From the NCBI GenBank assembly GCA_016748015.1, contig JAAOMT010000459.1:1-64000 (forward strand): 64,000 nt of DNA. Reading direction: 5' to 3'. Shown here one piece after another: positions 25,101 through 38,900 of this stretch. Source of the DNA: Geosiphon pyriformis uo1. Its lineage: Eukaryota; Fungi; Glomeromycota. Under the pieces are notes generated by a model that saw nothing but the letters and a program-made list of their open reading frames with translations, made no database searches and was not told the origin of the DNA. The first letter of the stretch is position 1. Each line of letters opens with the position of its first letter. Made by a program: the position numbers and the translations under genes.

Positions 25101-27768
25101 TCAAAACATTCCACCATAATTCTCAACTGATAATTCGTTGATCTTTTTCACCCATTCCTGAGCGGTTGCATTTGGATCTTCAAAGTAATAAGTTTTCCGC
25201 GGCTAAAAGAGAAAATAAAGATGACAAGATTAGCCTCGAAAATTTCATTGAATTCTACGTATGGCATTATTAATACAAAATTCACTTTTGTATTACATTG
25301 ATAAATAACTCTTAAAGAAAAGTGTATATTCCAATGGATTTTAAAAAGATGATGCTCAATTTGAATTATAACATACCGTATGTATGAAGAAATTCTTCTT
25401 ATTCTTCAATTCAACAACCATTCGGGAACTCCAATATATTTCACCTTTTTGCGACATTTTTTCTTGATCAACGTATATTAATCTTGGGAAATCCGTCAAT
25501 ATTAAAAGTCGTCGCTTTGAGAAGAGACCTTTGCGTTTGTTGATAGGACCGGCACGAAGGATTAATTCGGATTTAACAAGAAAGGGAATCCTTGATAGGG
25601 TTTTTTAATAGTGAGAAAGGTGATAATAGAAAATTATGACTATTGTCATAACGACACAAAAAACGTGCGAAGAAAAATTTCCTCACAAATAAAGATTCAA
25701 AGGGATATTGAAAAATACAAATTCTAAAGATTTTTTCAAAATTACCATTGCGCCGAGGTTCTCTTTTGTTCTTCAAGTTTTTGTGCTTTCACTGGATCCA
25801 GTTTGTCAAGCGCTCCTTCAGCACCACTCGCCCAACTTTCCAATCGGAATGGATCTCGCTGCTTTAGTCCCGTGGGCATTGGACTGCTAGTATTATCTCC
25901 ACTACTACTTGTAGAGAGATTTTGCAAATAAGTCGCGGAAGGGGTTCGTAGTTCTTCTTTATCATAATGTGGATTGGGTGGAAGATATGGAAGTAGACGA
26001 GGGGCAGGTTGATGCCAAATTGAATCCCACTCAATATCTTCAAAGAATGGGTGTGATTTTAATTTAGCTACCCCTGCTCGACCACCTGCACCTAGACGTT
26101 CTGCAGGTTTTAGTACCTTTGTTTATTAAAAAGAAATATGAGTTTAGATTTCAGCCTCACAAACTCATATCCCATTGTTTAACAAAATTAAAATCTTATT
26201 ACCAATAATTTTTGCACAAGATCTCTTGCGATATCGGGAAATCCTTCAGGAAAATCGTACTCTAAATTTACAATCTTTTGAAACGTCATGTATTCGTTTG
26301 ATCCCTTGAATGGTGGCCGTCCAGCAATCAACTGATATACAATGCATCCAAGAGCCCAAAAATCAGAGCTAGTAAAAAATAAGAATGAGAACAAGGTATT
26401 AAAGACAATTGGAAACTTTGATTTTTGACAACACACCTTTTACAAGCCGCCTTCTCTTTTAGTAATTCTGGACTTACATATTCTGCTGTACCGACAAAGG
26501 AATTGGCTCGATCATCTATGTCGTTGAAACCATTGTATAATTAATAGATGAGAAAGAGAGCCAATAAGCAAATTTTGGTTTAATATTGACCTTCTTCCCC
26601 ATCAGTGTTTTTTTCTAGAATCTTTGCTGTTCCAAAATCAGTGACTTTTATATGCATTTTCTCATCCAACAAAATACTAATTTGAATACAAACAGAATTC
26701 AAATCAGAATAGGATAAACTTTCAACCCCCACAATTAAACCAATATGTTAACTTACTTTTCCGGCTTTAAATCTCTATATAGCCAATATAATGAAAAGGA
26801 ATAAGCAACCAATTAGATTAAATATAAGTATTTTCTTAAAGTCTAAAAATACCTGTGAATAATCCCCTGATTATGCATATAATCAATTGCAGATAAAATT
26901 TGACCCGCATAAAATTGTGTACACACTAAATCAAAAGATCCAAGCTAAAATTGTTATTGGGAACAATAGATATTTGATAGAAGGTGTTATTGGTGGCCTA
27001 ATATCTTTATTTATTTGAGAATTGGGTAGAAGTGATTTGAAATCAATCGATATACCTTTTTAATGAAGGTCAAAAGCTCGCCATTCTTTGCATGATCTAA
27101 GACAAAATCTGTTTGTCGCATTTTACCCGTTTCAAGTTGAATAATATAATACTTGTCAGCCGTTGTAAAATGCTTTGAATAAAAAAGCAAAGGAATTGAA
27201 AGAGAGCACATACATAAGCTATCAGAATCTTGAAATGTGTAATGTAAACGAACTATTCCAGGATGGCACATTTTGTTTAGCGTATTCTTTTCAATATTGA
27301 CATATTTCACTTTTTTCTCCTTGATTATATGTTTTTTATCCAGAATCTTAATGGCATATTCTTTTCCCGAACCACGATCTCTTGCCGCTACAACCTGTGT
27401 TTAAAAATAGAGGTCTGATACTGAGATAGAAATTACTTCAAATTTTCAAAAAGCCTCAAAAATACTCCGAGCCTAAAATAGCTGAGGTGACTGGGTCACC
27501 AGTAGCTTACAGTAGAGTAGGAACCTTCGCCAAGCGTTCTTCCTAACTCGAAATCTTTTACACTCTTCTTTCGTGGCGTGGAACTGGGAGAGTTAACAAG
27601 TGGGGGTCTTGAAACGGATTGTCCATTTGTATTACTTCTAGTAGGAGTTGTTGGTGTTTGTGGGCGACTTAATTGTTCACGATGTGAAGTTGAAAAACCG
27701 TTCTCTCTTTGAGTCAAGATGTTAGTGGGAAATTGGCGAGGACCATTTGTGGTGTTTGCTGAAGCCAT
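25101..27768 (-). CDS. PDK1: 3-phosphoinositide-dependent protein kinase (PDK1/Pkh/Ksg1 family) with C-terminal PH domain, multi-exon
   Basis: Spliced product contains LGEGSYST|[28 protein letters not shown]|DLKPE|[28 protein letters not shown] and [22 protein letters not shown] domain: [16 protein letters not shown]...FFIHT|[10 protein letters not shown]...W. Stop at 25101-25103. Introns are GT-AG. Confidence 0.95.
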
Positions 27769-28029
27769 TAGGCAAGTAATATAAGGGATAATATCTTATT
27801 GAGAAAACAAACCAATTTAAGTGGGTTATTAGAATAGTTTCTGAAAGGGCTGTTCTCGTTATCGTCTGCCAACGCTATAGTGTTACTATCGATATGTTGG
27901 AAGGGAAACTTTAATCGTTAATTTAATTTTGTTAATGAAAATCGGTTACACCAGGTATTCAAAAAACCATGTGCTAGCGTCTCAAGAAGCCTAATTTGTG
28001 TAATTGTGAAATCAATTCGGATCCTGAAA

Positions 28030-28900
28030 GAGATTCTAAGATTTATAAAAAAAGAAAAAACAATACTAATTTGATAATTATATAATAACATAAATTTTAT
28101 TATAAATTTGAAATAACAATTAATTTGATTTAAAAAAAATTGAATGTAAAATAAATTATAAAATAACTTTTTATCTTTTTATATTATAAACTTTTTAAAT
28201 TAAGGATTAATTATTTTATTTTTATATTTATTAAGGTTTTTAAATTAAAAATTATATTACAAGTTTTTTATTACAAAATTAATATTATTTGAATTTAATA
28301 ATAATTTTTGCATAATAAAATTAAATTTAATATTAAATATTAATGAATATTTTAATTTTAAAATAGTATTGTTTAAATTATTGGCTATATATACAATAAT
28401 AACTAATTAATATTGAAATAAATAAAATTTTGATTTTGATTCTAATTTTTTAATATATATAAATTTCAAAATTTAAATAAAATTAAAAAAACCAATATAA
28501 TTACGTAATTATTGTTAAAATATGAATTACTATGTAAAATTTGAACATTATTATTAAAATAAATGTAATAATTTCAAATAATATAACTTATCAAATTTAA
28601 TGGTTAAATTTTTTTTAATATTAACAATTAATTAAAATATTATTTATATTAATATTTATATTCATTTTTTTATTTGTAATTATATTCTCTTTATATTTTT
28701 AAATTTTTTAAATTTTTTTTTATAATTAAAAATATTTACACATTTTTTATAATTATTATATTGGATTTTGAAATTTAACAAAAAACATATATCATTTTAA
28801 AATATAAATTATAATGAAATAATTAATTTAAAATTATTTCTTTGTAAAAAAATCAGCAATTAATTAATTTTTAATTTTAACACTTATATATATTTTTTTC
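28030..28900. other. ultra AT-rich block directly upstream of PDK1
   Basis: Base composition by eye. Confidence 0.8.
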
Positions 28901-30189
28901 TTTGTTTTATTCTCCAACACATATGATAAATCTGGATCATGCGCTTTCTACACGTGACTAGACGCCCGTTACTACTCATTAATACAAATAATTTAAAATA
29001 TAAACTGATCATTTAATCTTTATTGAATAAGAACATATTTTTTTGTTTTCAATATTGTTTGTATTAGGATTTTATCTTTAAATGCAATTATTTCTATTGT
29101 TTGCTCATTTTTTAAAGTAGTTTCTGTAAGAAAAATTAGGGAAAATAATACTAAATGCTTGCTTTTAAATATAGTGATCTCGTTATCCTTACATCCCAAT
29201 ATTTCTTCTGGTATTAAACAATCTAGTAAACCCTGTACAAATTTGGATACTTGATTCAAAGTGCAAGAGATGCCCTTAGGATTTTCGTTATTTATAACAT
29301 CATCCTTATTTGATACAAGAAAGTGTCAGATTAACTAACTCCTTGTGCTTAATATAATCTTTATAGTCCATCGAATGGACTCACAACGACAGAACACATT
29401 TATCTCAAAAATTTTAATATTGGAAATTAGCATGACGAGGAATCATTTCTTCTACCAAAATTACTGCTGACGCCAGAAATGCAGGAAACAATTTATGGTC
29501 GTATGAAAAAAATATGTAATTTTTGTGATAAGATGAAAGTTAAAACAAGACATTGCAATCCTTATATAATTGAAACTGTTCTGGGAAAAATTAGAGGAGA
29601 ATTATCATATTAATTGATTCACATGTAATCTCAAACTTAATATAGAGTAAATTGCTTACACTGAGGCGGTAAACCTAACCGGACGGTCTTGGTTTCACGA
29701 GCAGGAATATAAATAAGCGCACGATAAAAAATATACCCCCCTTGTGAGCATTTGCACAATATTTTATAAAAGTTAATAAACAATAGGGTTTCGTGAAATT
29801 ATCTCCTAAGAGTTTCCCAATGGAGGAAGTTTATTGAAAGGCTCTTGAAACATGAGGCTCATTTCTGAAGTTGGAGATGAACCAACAATGGCTTCGTTTT
29901 ATGATTTCTTTGGCTTAATGTTATCGTTGAGAGCTCTTTTGCTTGAGATAAATGAATTAGCTCCCCTGATTGTTGTTGCCTACTACATGTATAATTAATG
30001 AGGTTGTTGTTATTGAAACACTTTCAATTCGGAGAATTAGGTATATACTATTTGGGATTCAAACTCATAGGGTTGGATTAATTAAAAAATCCTAGAAATT
30101 GTAAAAGAAAATAAAAGCGGAATGATCTCTTTAGAATTGCAAAATAAAGTATTAAAATATCAGGAGAGAATTCAGGCTGAGAGATTTTT

Positions 30190-31918
30190 AAAAAAAATAA
30201 ATTTTTTTTTTGTTTCTTTAACATCTTGAGCCTCTTCTGCTTTTGAATAGAGTTCAAACGCTTTTTCGTCATTTTTCTTTGTTTCCATCCATATCGATAA
30301 CAAACACTAAGATCGTTTTGTGCACTTATATGCCCCGCCTCTACGGCTTTTAAATAGAGTACAAATGCTTTTTCCTCATTTTTCGCCGTTCCTCTTCCAT
30401 TTTGATAACAATGTGCAAGATCGCCTCTGCTGCTTTTGAATAGAGTTCAAATCCTTTTTCTGGATTTTTTGTCGTTTCCCTTCCATTTTGATAACAAAGT
30501 GCAAGATTGTATTGTGCCTTTAAATGTCCCGCCTCTGCTGCTTTTGAATAGAGTTACAATACCTTTCGTCGTTCTCCTTCCATTTCGATAACAAGTTGCA
30601 AGATTGTATTGTGTATTTGTATTGCCCACCTCTGCTGCTTTTGAATAGAGTTCAAATGCTTTTTCTAAATTTTTCGTCGTTCCTCATCCATTTCGATAAC
30701 AAACTCCAAGCTTATATTGTGCATTTGTATTACCCGCCTCTGCTGCTTTTGAAAGGAGTTCAAATGCTTTAACTTTATCTTGGTAAATGCCGATTCCATC
30801 GAAGTAACAACGACCCAGAAAAAATTGTCCGAGAGGATCCTCCATATTCGCTGCTTTCTCGAATTTTAAGAATGCTTTTGTTGATTCAACATTTGTTCCA
30901 ATTCCATGTTCTAAAGAGACGCCAAGTAAAATATAGCGGATGGAGCTCTTTACTGTGTTGTTATTTGCGCAAATAAAAAATTCTTCGGGTATTGTTTCAT
31001 TGCGCTCAAGATATTTTCTCACCGCGTCAACAACTTTTGAATAATCATTATTCGGCAAACTTTTTTTGATGACGATGAATGGTTCTTCAATTATTTCAGA
31101 CGAATTATACAATTCATCACTGAAGCTGAAAGAGTTTTCATGATTGAAATTTGGTGTGCTGAAATCCGTAACACTGAACGTTTCCTCAGATTCAATGTTT
31201 CCTTGAAAAGAAGGGCCAGATTGCCATTCAATTTCTTAAATCATATCTTCTTCTTTTTAACATATATCTTTTACTTACTAAATCTCTATGAATAATATTT
31301 TCTTGATGAAGGCAGTCGATTCCTTGGGCTAGCTCTTTTGCAAGCCGCAATTTTTCTGCACCATTCATTTGAGAGAAGTTTGATTTAAGGTATTGACGTA
31401 GGGTTCCTCCGTTTCCATATTCCAAAACAAGCACGTATTCATTTCGACCATCTATTGGGATTCGATAAACTTCCTTCAATATTTAAGAAACGATTTTTTA
31501 TTAAATGACTTAAAAATTACCTCTTCCCAAGGTTTTTGTGACACCATAAAATTTCAAAATATTTTCATGATAGGTTAGGCTTATTAAAGATTTCATCTTT
31601 ATAAAATGAAGGTTTATTTTAAGAGTTATTTTCTATGACAAATATATTTTGAAAGCGATAATAGAAATGTGAGTTTATACTTTAATAAACTCTGTCAACT
31701 CTGATATATCACTTTTCCCGGATTGTTTTAACTGTTTCAATGCAAATCGTAAATCGCTACCACCTGGCACTAAAAACCTCCCCAAATCCACCCTCTCCAA
31801 TTATCTCGATGCTATAAAATTCCTCATAGTTAAAAAGTTTAATATGCTTTTTTTGAATGGATTTTTCAAACCAATCTAGAGGGGAAAATGAGTTTTCAGT
31901 TGCTGAACTTGAGGACAT
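30190..31918 (-). pseudogene. kinase + SEL1-repeat gene, frameshifted, with the kinase C-lobe missing
   Basis: MSSSS...IGEGGFGEVF, then a frameshift, then FALKQL; LVLEYGNGGTLRQYL and IIHRDL. No DFG or APE region follows. SEL1 repeats (AQYKLGVCYRNG, QYNLATCYRNG) carry stops and frameshifts. Confidence 0.85.
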
Positions 31919-32160
31919 AATTTATAATTAACACAAAGCAAATATTTTGTGGGAAAAAAAGAACAAGAGTTTTTTTTTATAAAAAAATGGTCCTAAGAGT
32001 GATTCTAGTTAAAAGTAAAAGTTGGCTGGTTTAAACTCTAATTCTTGAAAATAACAAGAAGATAATGAAGAATATGGTCATTCGTTGCAACTCATTGTGT
32101 AAACCCTTCAAAGGGTTTATGACCACCATTTGAGTTAGAGGTTTAAGTAATGGAAAATAT

Positions 32161-32266
32161 GAATGAAATATGATTATAATTAATTTTAAAAGGGAATATT
32201 AAATTCAGTGGGAAGATCTGAATGAAATATTATTATAATTAATTTCAATAAGGGAATATTAAATTC
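32161..32266 (+). repeat. two-copy direct repeat of about 46 bp
   Basis: GAATGAAATATKATTATAATTAATTT..AAGGGAATATTAAATTC at 32161 and 32220. Confidence 0.85.
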
Positions 32267-32299
32267 GGGAGAATTATATTTTATTATTTTTACATAAAT

Positions 32300-32760
32300 T
32301 GTAAATAGCATATGGTATTTGTGGACATGGTGATGCATACTTGTCACTCGAGCAATATACTAGAATTTATGAAATTATTAGACATCTTAGATATCTTGGA
32401 TTGAGTCAATCCCCAAACTCAGAACAAGAAAAAATATATTTGGATGATTGCATACAGGCTCAACAGGAACGTCTTCCTTTCATAATTATTAACAAGAATA
32501 TTATCCTTATAATGACTAAATGATAAAGGAACTAAATCAACTTCCCCTTGATCCAACTTGTATCGCTAAGCTTATTGAAAAGTGTTGGGATCCCAACATA
32601 TTGAATCGCCCTTATATAAGATGTATGATGCAAATTTTAATAAAGCTGCGAGTCTACCGTTTAAGTAATTGGAAAAAAACCTAGAAGCGTTAAAAATTGA
32701 CGAATTAATAAATAGGTCCAGGTGCAGTATATTCAAGTCGTGTTTTTAAGTTTTCAGATA
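32300..32760 (+). pseudogene. C-terminal relic of a TKL-type kinase
   Basis: PTCIAKLIEKCWDPNILNRP (subdomain XI) and PGAVYSSRVFKF, the tail typical of this family. Confidence 0.7.
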
Positions 32761-32799
32761 AGTGAAATTTCTGATGATTTGCTTTTTTAATTTAGAACC

Positions 32800-35782
32800 A
32801 TCTTTATAGATCAATTTTTTGATTACATAATAATCTAAATATTATAATTTTACTTATCAACAGAATTAATATATATTCCCCCAAAGCTAAAAACTTTAAA
32901 TAAATTTTTATGCAAATATTTTAACCATTTATCATATTTCGATGAGGTTTAATTTAATGTAATCTTAGTAATAGTTATTTTAAATCTATAATAAATTATT
33001 AATCAGTTGGATCATTTTTCTAAATTTAATTTCGACATAAAAAATAAATTAGTAATGTTTATCATTTAATTTATTAAAAATTCCTTTTTACCAATATGTA
33101 ATAGCAAATTGAATCTAAATATAAAAAATCTTTTAGTCTTAAAATTTTATAATAAATCTTTTGAAGATTTATAAAGTCTATAAAATCTTTACTTTAATTT
33201 TGATTTTCTAAAAATTCAGCTAAATTGTTTTAAGTCAAGTTTTATTAATAAAATAAGATGCAAAAATTTTATCAACCAAGTAATTAATTCTGGAATTTTT
33301 TATTAAGCTATAACAAAAATATATCCTAATGGGATTTTTTTTAAACCAATTTTGCAATATTATTATTTTTTTATTGAATTTTTAATTTTTTAAAATCAAA
33401 AGATATTTTTATTCTATCTTAAATTCACAAATTTATAAAGTAATTTAATAAAATTAAATATTTATTATCAATATAAAGTATCAATCAGTTTATAAATTTT
33501 ATTATATTTTAGGCTTTAATAAAAGCTAAACTCTTTTTTTTTTGTATTTTTATAATTACAACTGGAGCAAAAAAGAAAAAAGTTACAACCTTTTTATTTT
33601 CTAAACTAGCTATTTTTATTAATAAAACACTTGTAGTTGTTAAGACTGCTTAATAGCATTCTGTAAAAGTGCTTTTTCTAAATAAAATAATAATAAATCA
33701 GTCTTTTGCTAATTTTAAATATTGTTTTTATTTTTGATTGAAAATTTTTTCTCTTTTAAAGTTTCTTTAAAGAAGCCTATCTGAAATAATTCTGGTATAA
33801 TTTTTGTCTTTTTTAAGAGCCTCAAAATATTTGATAAGAAGCTAATAATTAAGTTATTTTTTTATCTTTCTTTTTACTGCTATTTAAATAGCTAAAAAAA
33901 GCCAAGTTAATTAAAAAACAATTTTTTTAAATTTTTTCTATGTCTAATAACAACTTTTTTAAAGTATTAAAATTTTTTAATGTTTTTGATGCCAATTTTA
34001 ATGTCTTAAAATTAGATTTTTTTTTTGTAAAAAATAAAACTTTGGTTTTTTCTGTTTTTTTTTGCTAGTTTTACAACACCAGTACTAATAATATTACTTA
34101 ATTTTATTAGCAATTAGTTTTTTAAACAATGACAACAGAAATATATTAATTTATCATAGTTTGAATTTGTTTTTGGTTGTATTATTTAATATATTATATT
34201 TTAACTGCTTTTTATCAATTTTAAAAACTAAACAAATTATACTTTTACATATAATTTTAAATAATTAATCTATTAAATTATTTAATTTTATAAATTAAAT
34301 TAATTAAATAAAAACTTAAATACTTTTTTCATTTTTGTTTTCTAAAAATACTATTTAGTAATATTTACAAATTATTAAACATTTTTTAAGTAAATAATTA
34401 TTATTTTGATGTTTAATAAAATAATAAAAATTAAAATAATTTATATTAAGGCTATATTCTAATTTTTAAATAGTTTTTTTGATTTGAAATTAATTACTAA
34501 TAACAATATTAAGCTTTTTTATATAAATTTTATATTTTAAACATTTTTAAATATTCAAATACAAATTAAATTTGTTTACTTTTTAAAATTTTTAAGTCTT
34601 TGGTTATTTTTGAATTTATTTATTTTTCTGCTATTATTATTTTGTAAAATATTTTTAAAAGTGTTTTTAGTGTTTTTAGTAAAATTTTTAATATTAGTTA
34701 AAGTCTATTGGTTTTTGATAATATATTATAACTGTTTTTGTTTACTAATTAGTTTTGGTAAAAAAAATAATATCAGAATTTTTTTTGTGTTTAATTAAAA
34801 AAATATATAATATTTTTTAGTCAAAAACTAATTTAAATACTATTATTATTAGAATTAATATGTTAAAAAAAAGTTATATTTAATAGAAAACTTTTAAATA
34901 TTAATATTAATTTAAATATTAAAGTTTAGATTATTTGTTTTTTAATTATAAAATAGTTTTATTTATTTTATTGAAGTTTTTTTTTAGGCTTTTAAAATCT
35001 TTGAATTTCGTTTTATTAGTGCAAAATTTTATATTAAAACTGTTACTTTTTTGATCTTTTTTTGTTATTATTATAATTATTAATTTTGTAATTGGCTTTA
35101 AATTAGTTTTTTAAATCTGAATTAACCAAGTTGGTTTTGCTAATTAGATTTGTTATTTAACTTATTAATAGTTTAATTTTTTGGTTATAAAATTGAAGTT
35201 TTTTTTTAAATACAGAGATTAAAAAAAATTCTTATAATTAAAAAAATTTTAGGTATTTTTGGTAATTTTAGTAAGAATATTATTAATCTTAAAATATAAT
35301 ATAATATAATTGATAATAATTTATGTTTTTTTATTAATAAAATTTTTGCTAAAATAATAATATTTTAAAAGCTACAAACTTTTAAGATTAAATTTAATAT
35401 AAATTAAAAGTATTATATAATTAACTAATTTAAATTTTTAATAATAATAATTTGGTTGTAATTATACAAAAAATAGTGTTTTTAAATAAGTTTTTTTTGT
35501 AAATTAATATAGTTTAGTCTTATTAAACTTATGTTTGATTATATAAATATACATAAATTCTGTTTATTTTAAAATACTTAATTATTATATTATAATAAAT
35601 AATAATAAAATATTACATATTAAAAAAAAATAAAAGCTTTAAAAATTTTAAATATGTAATTTATATAAATATATTTTAAAATTTATAAAATACTAAAAAA
35701 TAATAAAATAAAAATAAAATATTAGTAAACTTTTAATTTGACAATAAATTATTTTAAAGCTTTAAATTATAAATTTAAATAA
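32800..35782. other. ultra AT-rich block
   Basis: Base composition by eye. Confidence 0.8.
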
Positions 35783-35915
35783 TTTTTTTTTTTTTACGTT
35801 TATTGAGTGAAGTCCAAACACTACCTAATACTATACATCAAATAATTGATCTAAATTAGGCGTAAATCATGTACTTTCTACACGTGACTAGCCACTCAGG
35901 CCAATCAGAACAACA

Positions 35916-38900
35916 CTATACATCTATATGAATGGAAACCATATTTAAAGCACCTGAAATAAACAAATTAAATTTATGCAAACCAAACCTAACACTCAAT
36001 GCATTGTCAATACCCAACAACTTGACAACTCCAGCTGAATACAGGGAAGACAGACCAGAAATAGTAACTGGCATAGAACTGTCTCAAAGAATCAATCCAT
36101 GTTTCTCCATAAATGCATGATGTTTGACACGGACCAACCAAACCTTATCTCTAAAAGCTAGGCAAAAATCACGGACAAAGTCCACAATTTTCGCACCAGC
36201 AAGTTTCAGATCACCAAAAACAGAAACCACCTCAAAAAACCAATCATTAAAAACAAAGCCTTTGCATAGAGCAACACGGACTGAGGTGTCAACAATACAT
36301 GAGGAAAGAGTTCGCAGCACGTGAGAAAAAGGGCAATGAAGGCCAGAAATACCTTCTCATTTAACCGCAAAATTACCAAGCAGCCAATCACAACTGGCAA
36401 AGTCAGAATCACAGGAAAAAACATGGTCCGAGACCTCTACACACTCACAATACAAGCAAACCACACTAAGGTAACTTCTATCATAAAGGCGCTTGCAAAT
36501 GGCCACAGGCAGTCTATGATGCAGAGCTTTTATAAAATACATGCACAAACCAGCAGTCCGTATACTGGTAAAGCCAGCAGCCATGTATGAATCAGGATGC
36601 CAAACAGAAAAAGACCTGTGCCAATTAATATCAGTAAGCAATTCGCCAGTGACAACTCTAGTACTCGAACCGAAACCCCAATACAAATGGTGAATGAACT
36701 GATAAATGTCACACACAAAATGTCTAAAATTACCCGAAACAGAACTACCACCAGCCAGGATGAACTGCTAATTCAGCCAGGGGAGAAGAACAAAATCAGA
36801 AAAAGCCATATGGCCAGCCTGTTCATCAGCCCGGTCATTACCTATAACACCAGAATGTCTTTTAATCTTACACCAGCTGACATCCAACCTCTTAACACGA
36901 ACAAGATTAGCAATATGACGATGCTCCACTCAACAACTATTCCGAAAGTCTGGATGTGCCAAACCCAATTCCGACTTGCAGGCATCCAATGCGGCTTGAC
37001 TATCCGAAAATAAGTAAACTTTGCTAACTGCAGGAACACACTCGAGAGCAAGTGCAATAGCTTGCAATTCCACCAAAGTAGATGACAACAAACCTGAGAC
37101 CCTAACACCCAAACCCATATTAATATCATCAAAGAAAACCACCACATCTGATTTAACACTGAGAGTACCCAAACCAGTCAAGGATCCATCAGTATAAACT
37201 GAAAGGCTATCAGCACCCCATCCCAATAAACAATTATGAACCAAATCAAAATCAGTGAATTCCAAGACATTAAGAGCAAAAGAAACGCCCACCAAACAGT
37301 TATGAACAGAAGAAAATAACTCTGCACTATCAAGATAACCAACAGAAACACTAAACCAATCAGGAATAGAGCCACGTGGATCCAGCCTTTTCCAATGCTT
37401 GAAAGTCTTCCAATCAAAAGCACCACCATTGTGATGACGCAATTGTTCTACAAAGGCAATTCTATACCACCGAAGTGAGGATAGACACTTAGAAAATTTC
37501 ACCTCACCAAGAACCAAAGACATGAGAATACTATGGGAGAATCGGAATACATTGGAGCCAAGACCACTAAAAGATAAACTGCAATTGGCAAAAATACAAA
37601 CCACACCTGCCAGAAAATTGTTTGAAGGATTCAATTTTAAATGAGCCGGGGAGACTAAAGGGTGCACAAAACGCCAGCTCAAAGTTTGTAAGTCATGAGA
37701 CCTATGGAGAAACAAACAACCCAGGATTCCAGCAGCATTGGCAAAACACACTACGGACACCAATTTACTCTCAGCCTGAATCTGTTCAAAAGTTTTTAAG
37801 CCATAAAGGGAGGAATGATGAAAAGCATTATTGGGGAAGTCTGAAGGAAGACCCACTTTGAACTTAAAGTCTTTACGAATTAAAGCATCCCATTTACAGC
37901 AAACATTAAGTGGAACAAAACTAAATTGTGTCCTATAACTAATGATGGAGTGAAGAACCACTGAAACCAAATATGAGAACTGCTTATTAGAGATGGTCTT
38001 TTTCAGGACGAGATTGGTGAAAAACCAGACATCCAAATGCGCCTTGGCCAAACTGGGCTTCGACAAACCACCCATAGACAGAAAAATGCCCAAATACCAG
38101 TAAGGTTCCCTCTTCTTGACAATAGAAATTAGTGCACCACTAATTGTCAAAAAGGGGCTCACAACCCTAGAGTTAATGGGAATTGCCACTGTTTTATCAT
38201 TGTTTATTGAAATATCATTAATTCTAAAAAATTCATTAGCAATATTGAGAATGTGTTGTATTGCAGTCTAACTGCTGCCAACCCAAATTGTATTGTCCAC
38301 AAAAGCACCAGCAGCAAAGAAAAAAGAAAAACCAGCCTGAAGTTCAACATGGCCAGTCTTAGCAACGAAATGAGAATTCAACCTATATCCATAAAATTCT
38401 TCTTGCCTCTTGACTTTACACAAAAGAAAATCATAAAATATATGCCAGAGAAGAGATGAGAACACTTTCCCTTGATTGAGATCATCATGGACTTAATAAC
38501 CATCAGTTAAGCCAAAGTCAGTCATTACTCTGTTGACTCGGTTATTGTGAATGCCACCAAAAAATTGAATGAACCTGCCACACATTTTAATCCTAATCAG
38601 ACTCTTTTTTAAATGCTCCCAGCCAACAAAATCATAGGCCTTCTTCATGTCCTGCAATACCAGCCAAAGTTCACAGTTCTTCTCCAGAGCATCCTCAACC
38701 ACAGAGCTAACAGCAAAGATAGGAGACTGTATCATTGTACTCTTCAAAACCAAAAAATTGTCCCCACAGAGAACGTTGTGAGTACTGCATGCCAAAGAAA
38801 TCCTGTCCGAGAAGATCTTTGAAAGAATTTTACAAGCAGTTTCAATCAAAGCAATGAGTCAGGTGTTCATAAAAACTCCTTCCCACTCATAAGGCTTGGG

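Noticed and set aside
29430-29615. Plus-strand peptide HDEESFLLPKL resembling a hemerythrin motif
   Set aside because: The match is too short, with no start codon or other ligand residues.
35864-35897. GTCACGTG next to AT-rich DNA as a point centromere (CDEI-CDEII)
   Set aside because: There is no CDEIII-like element, several copies occur within 40 kb, and point centromeres are a Saccharomycetaceae feature.
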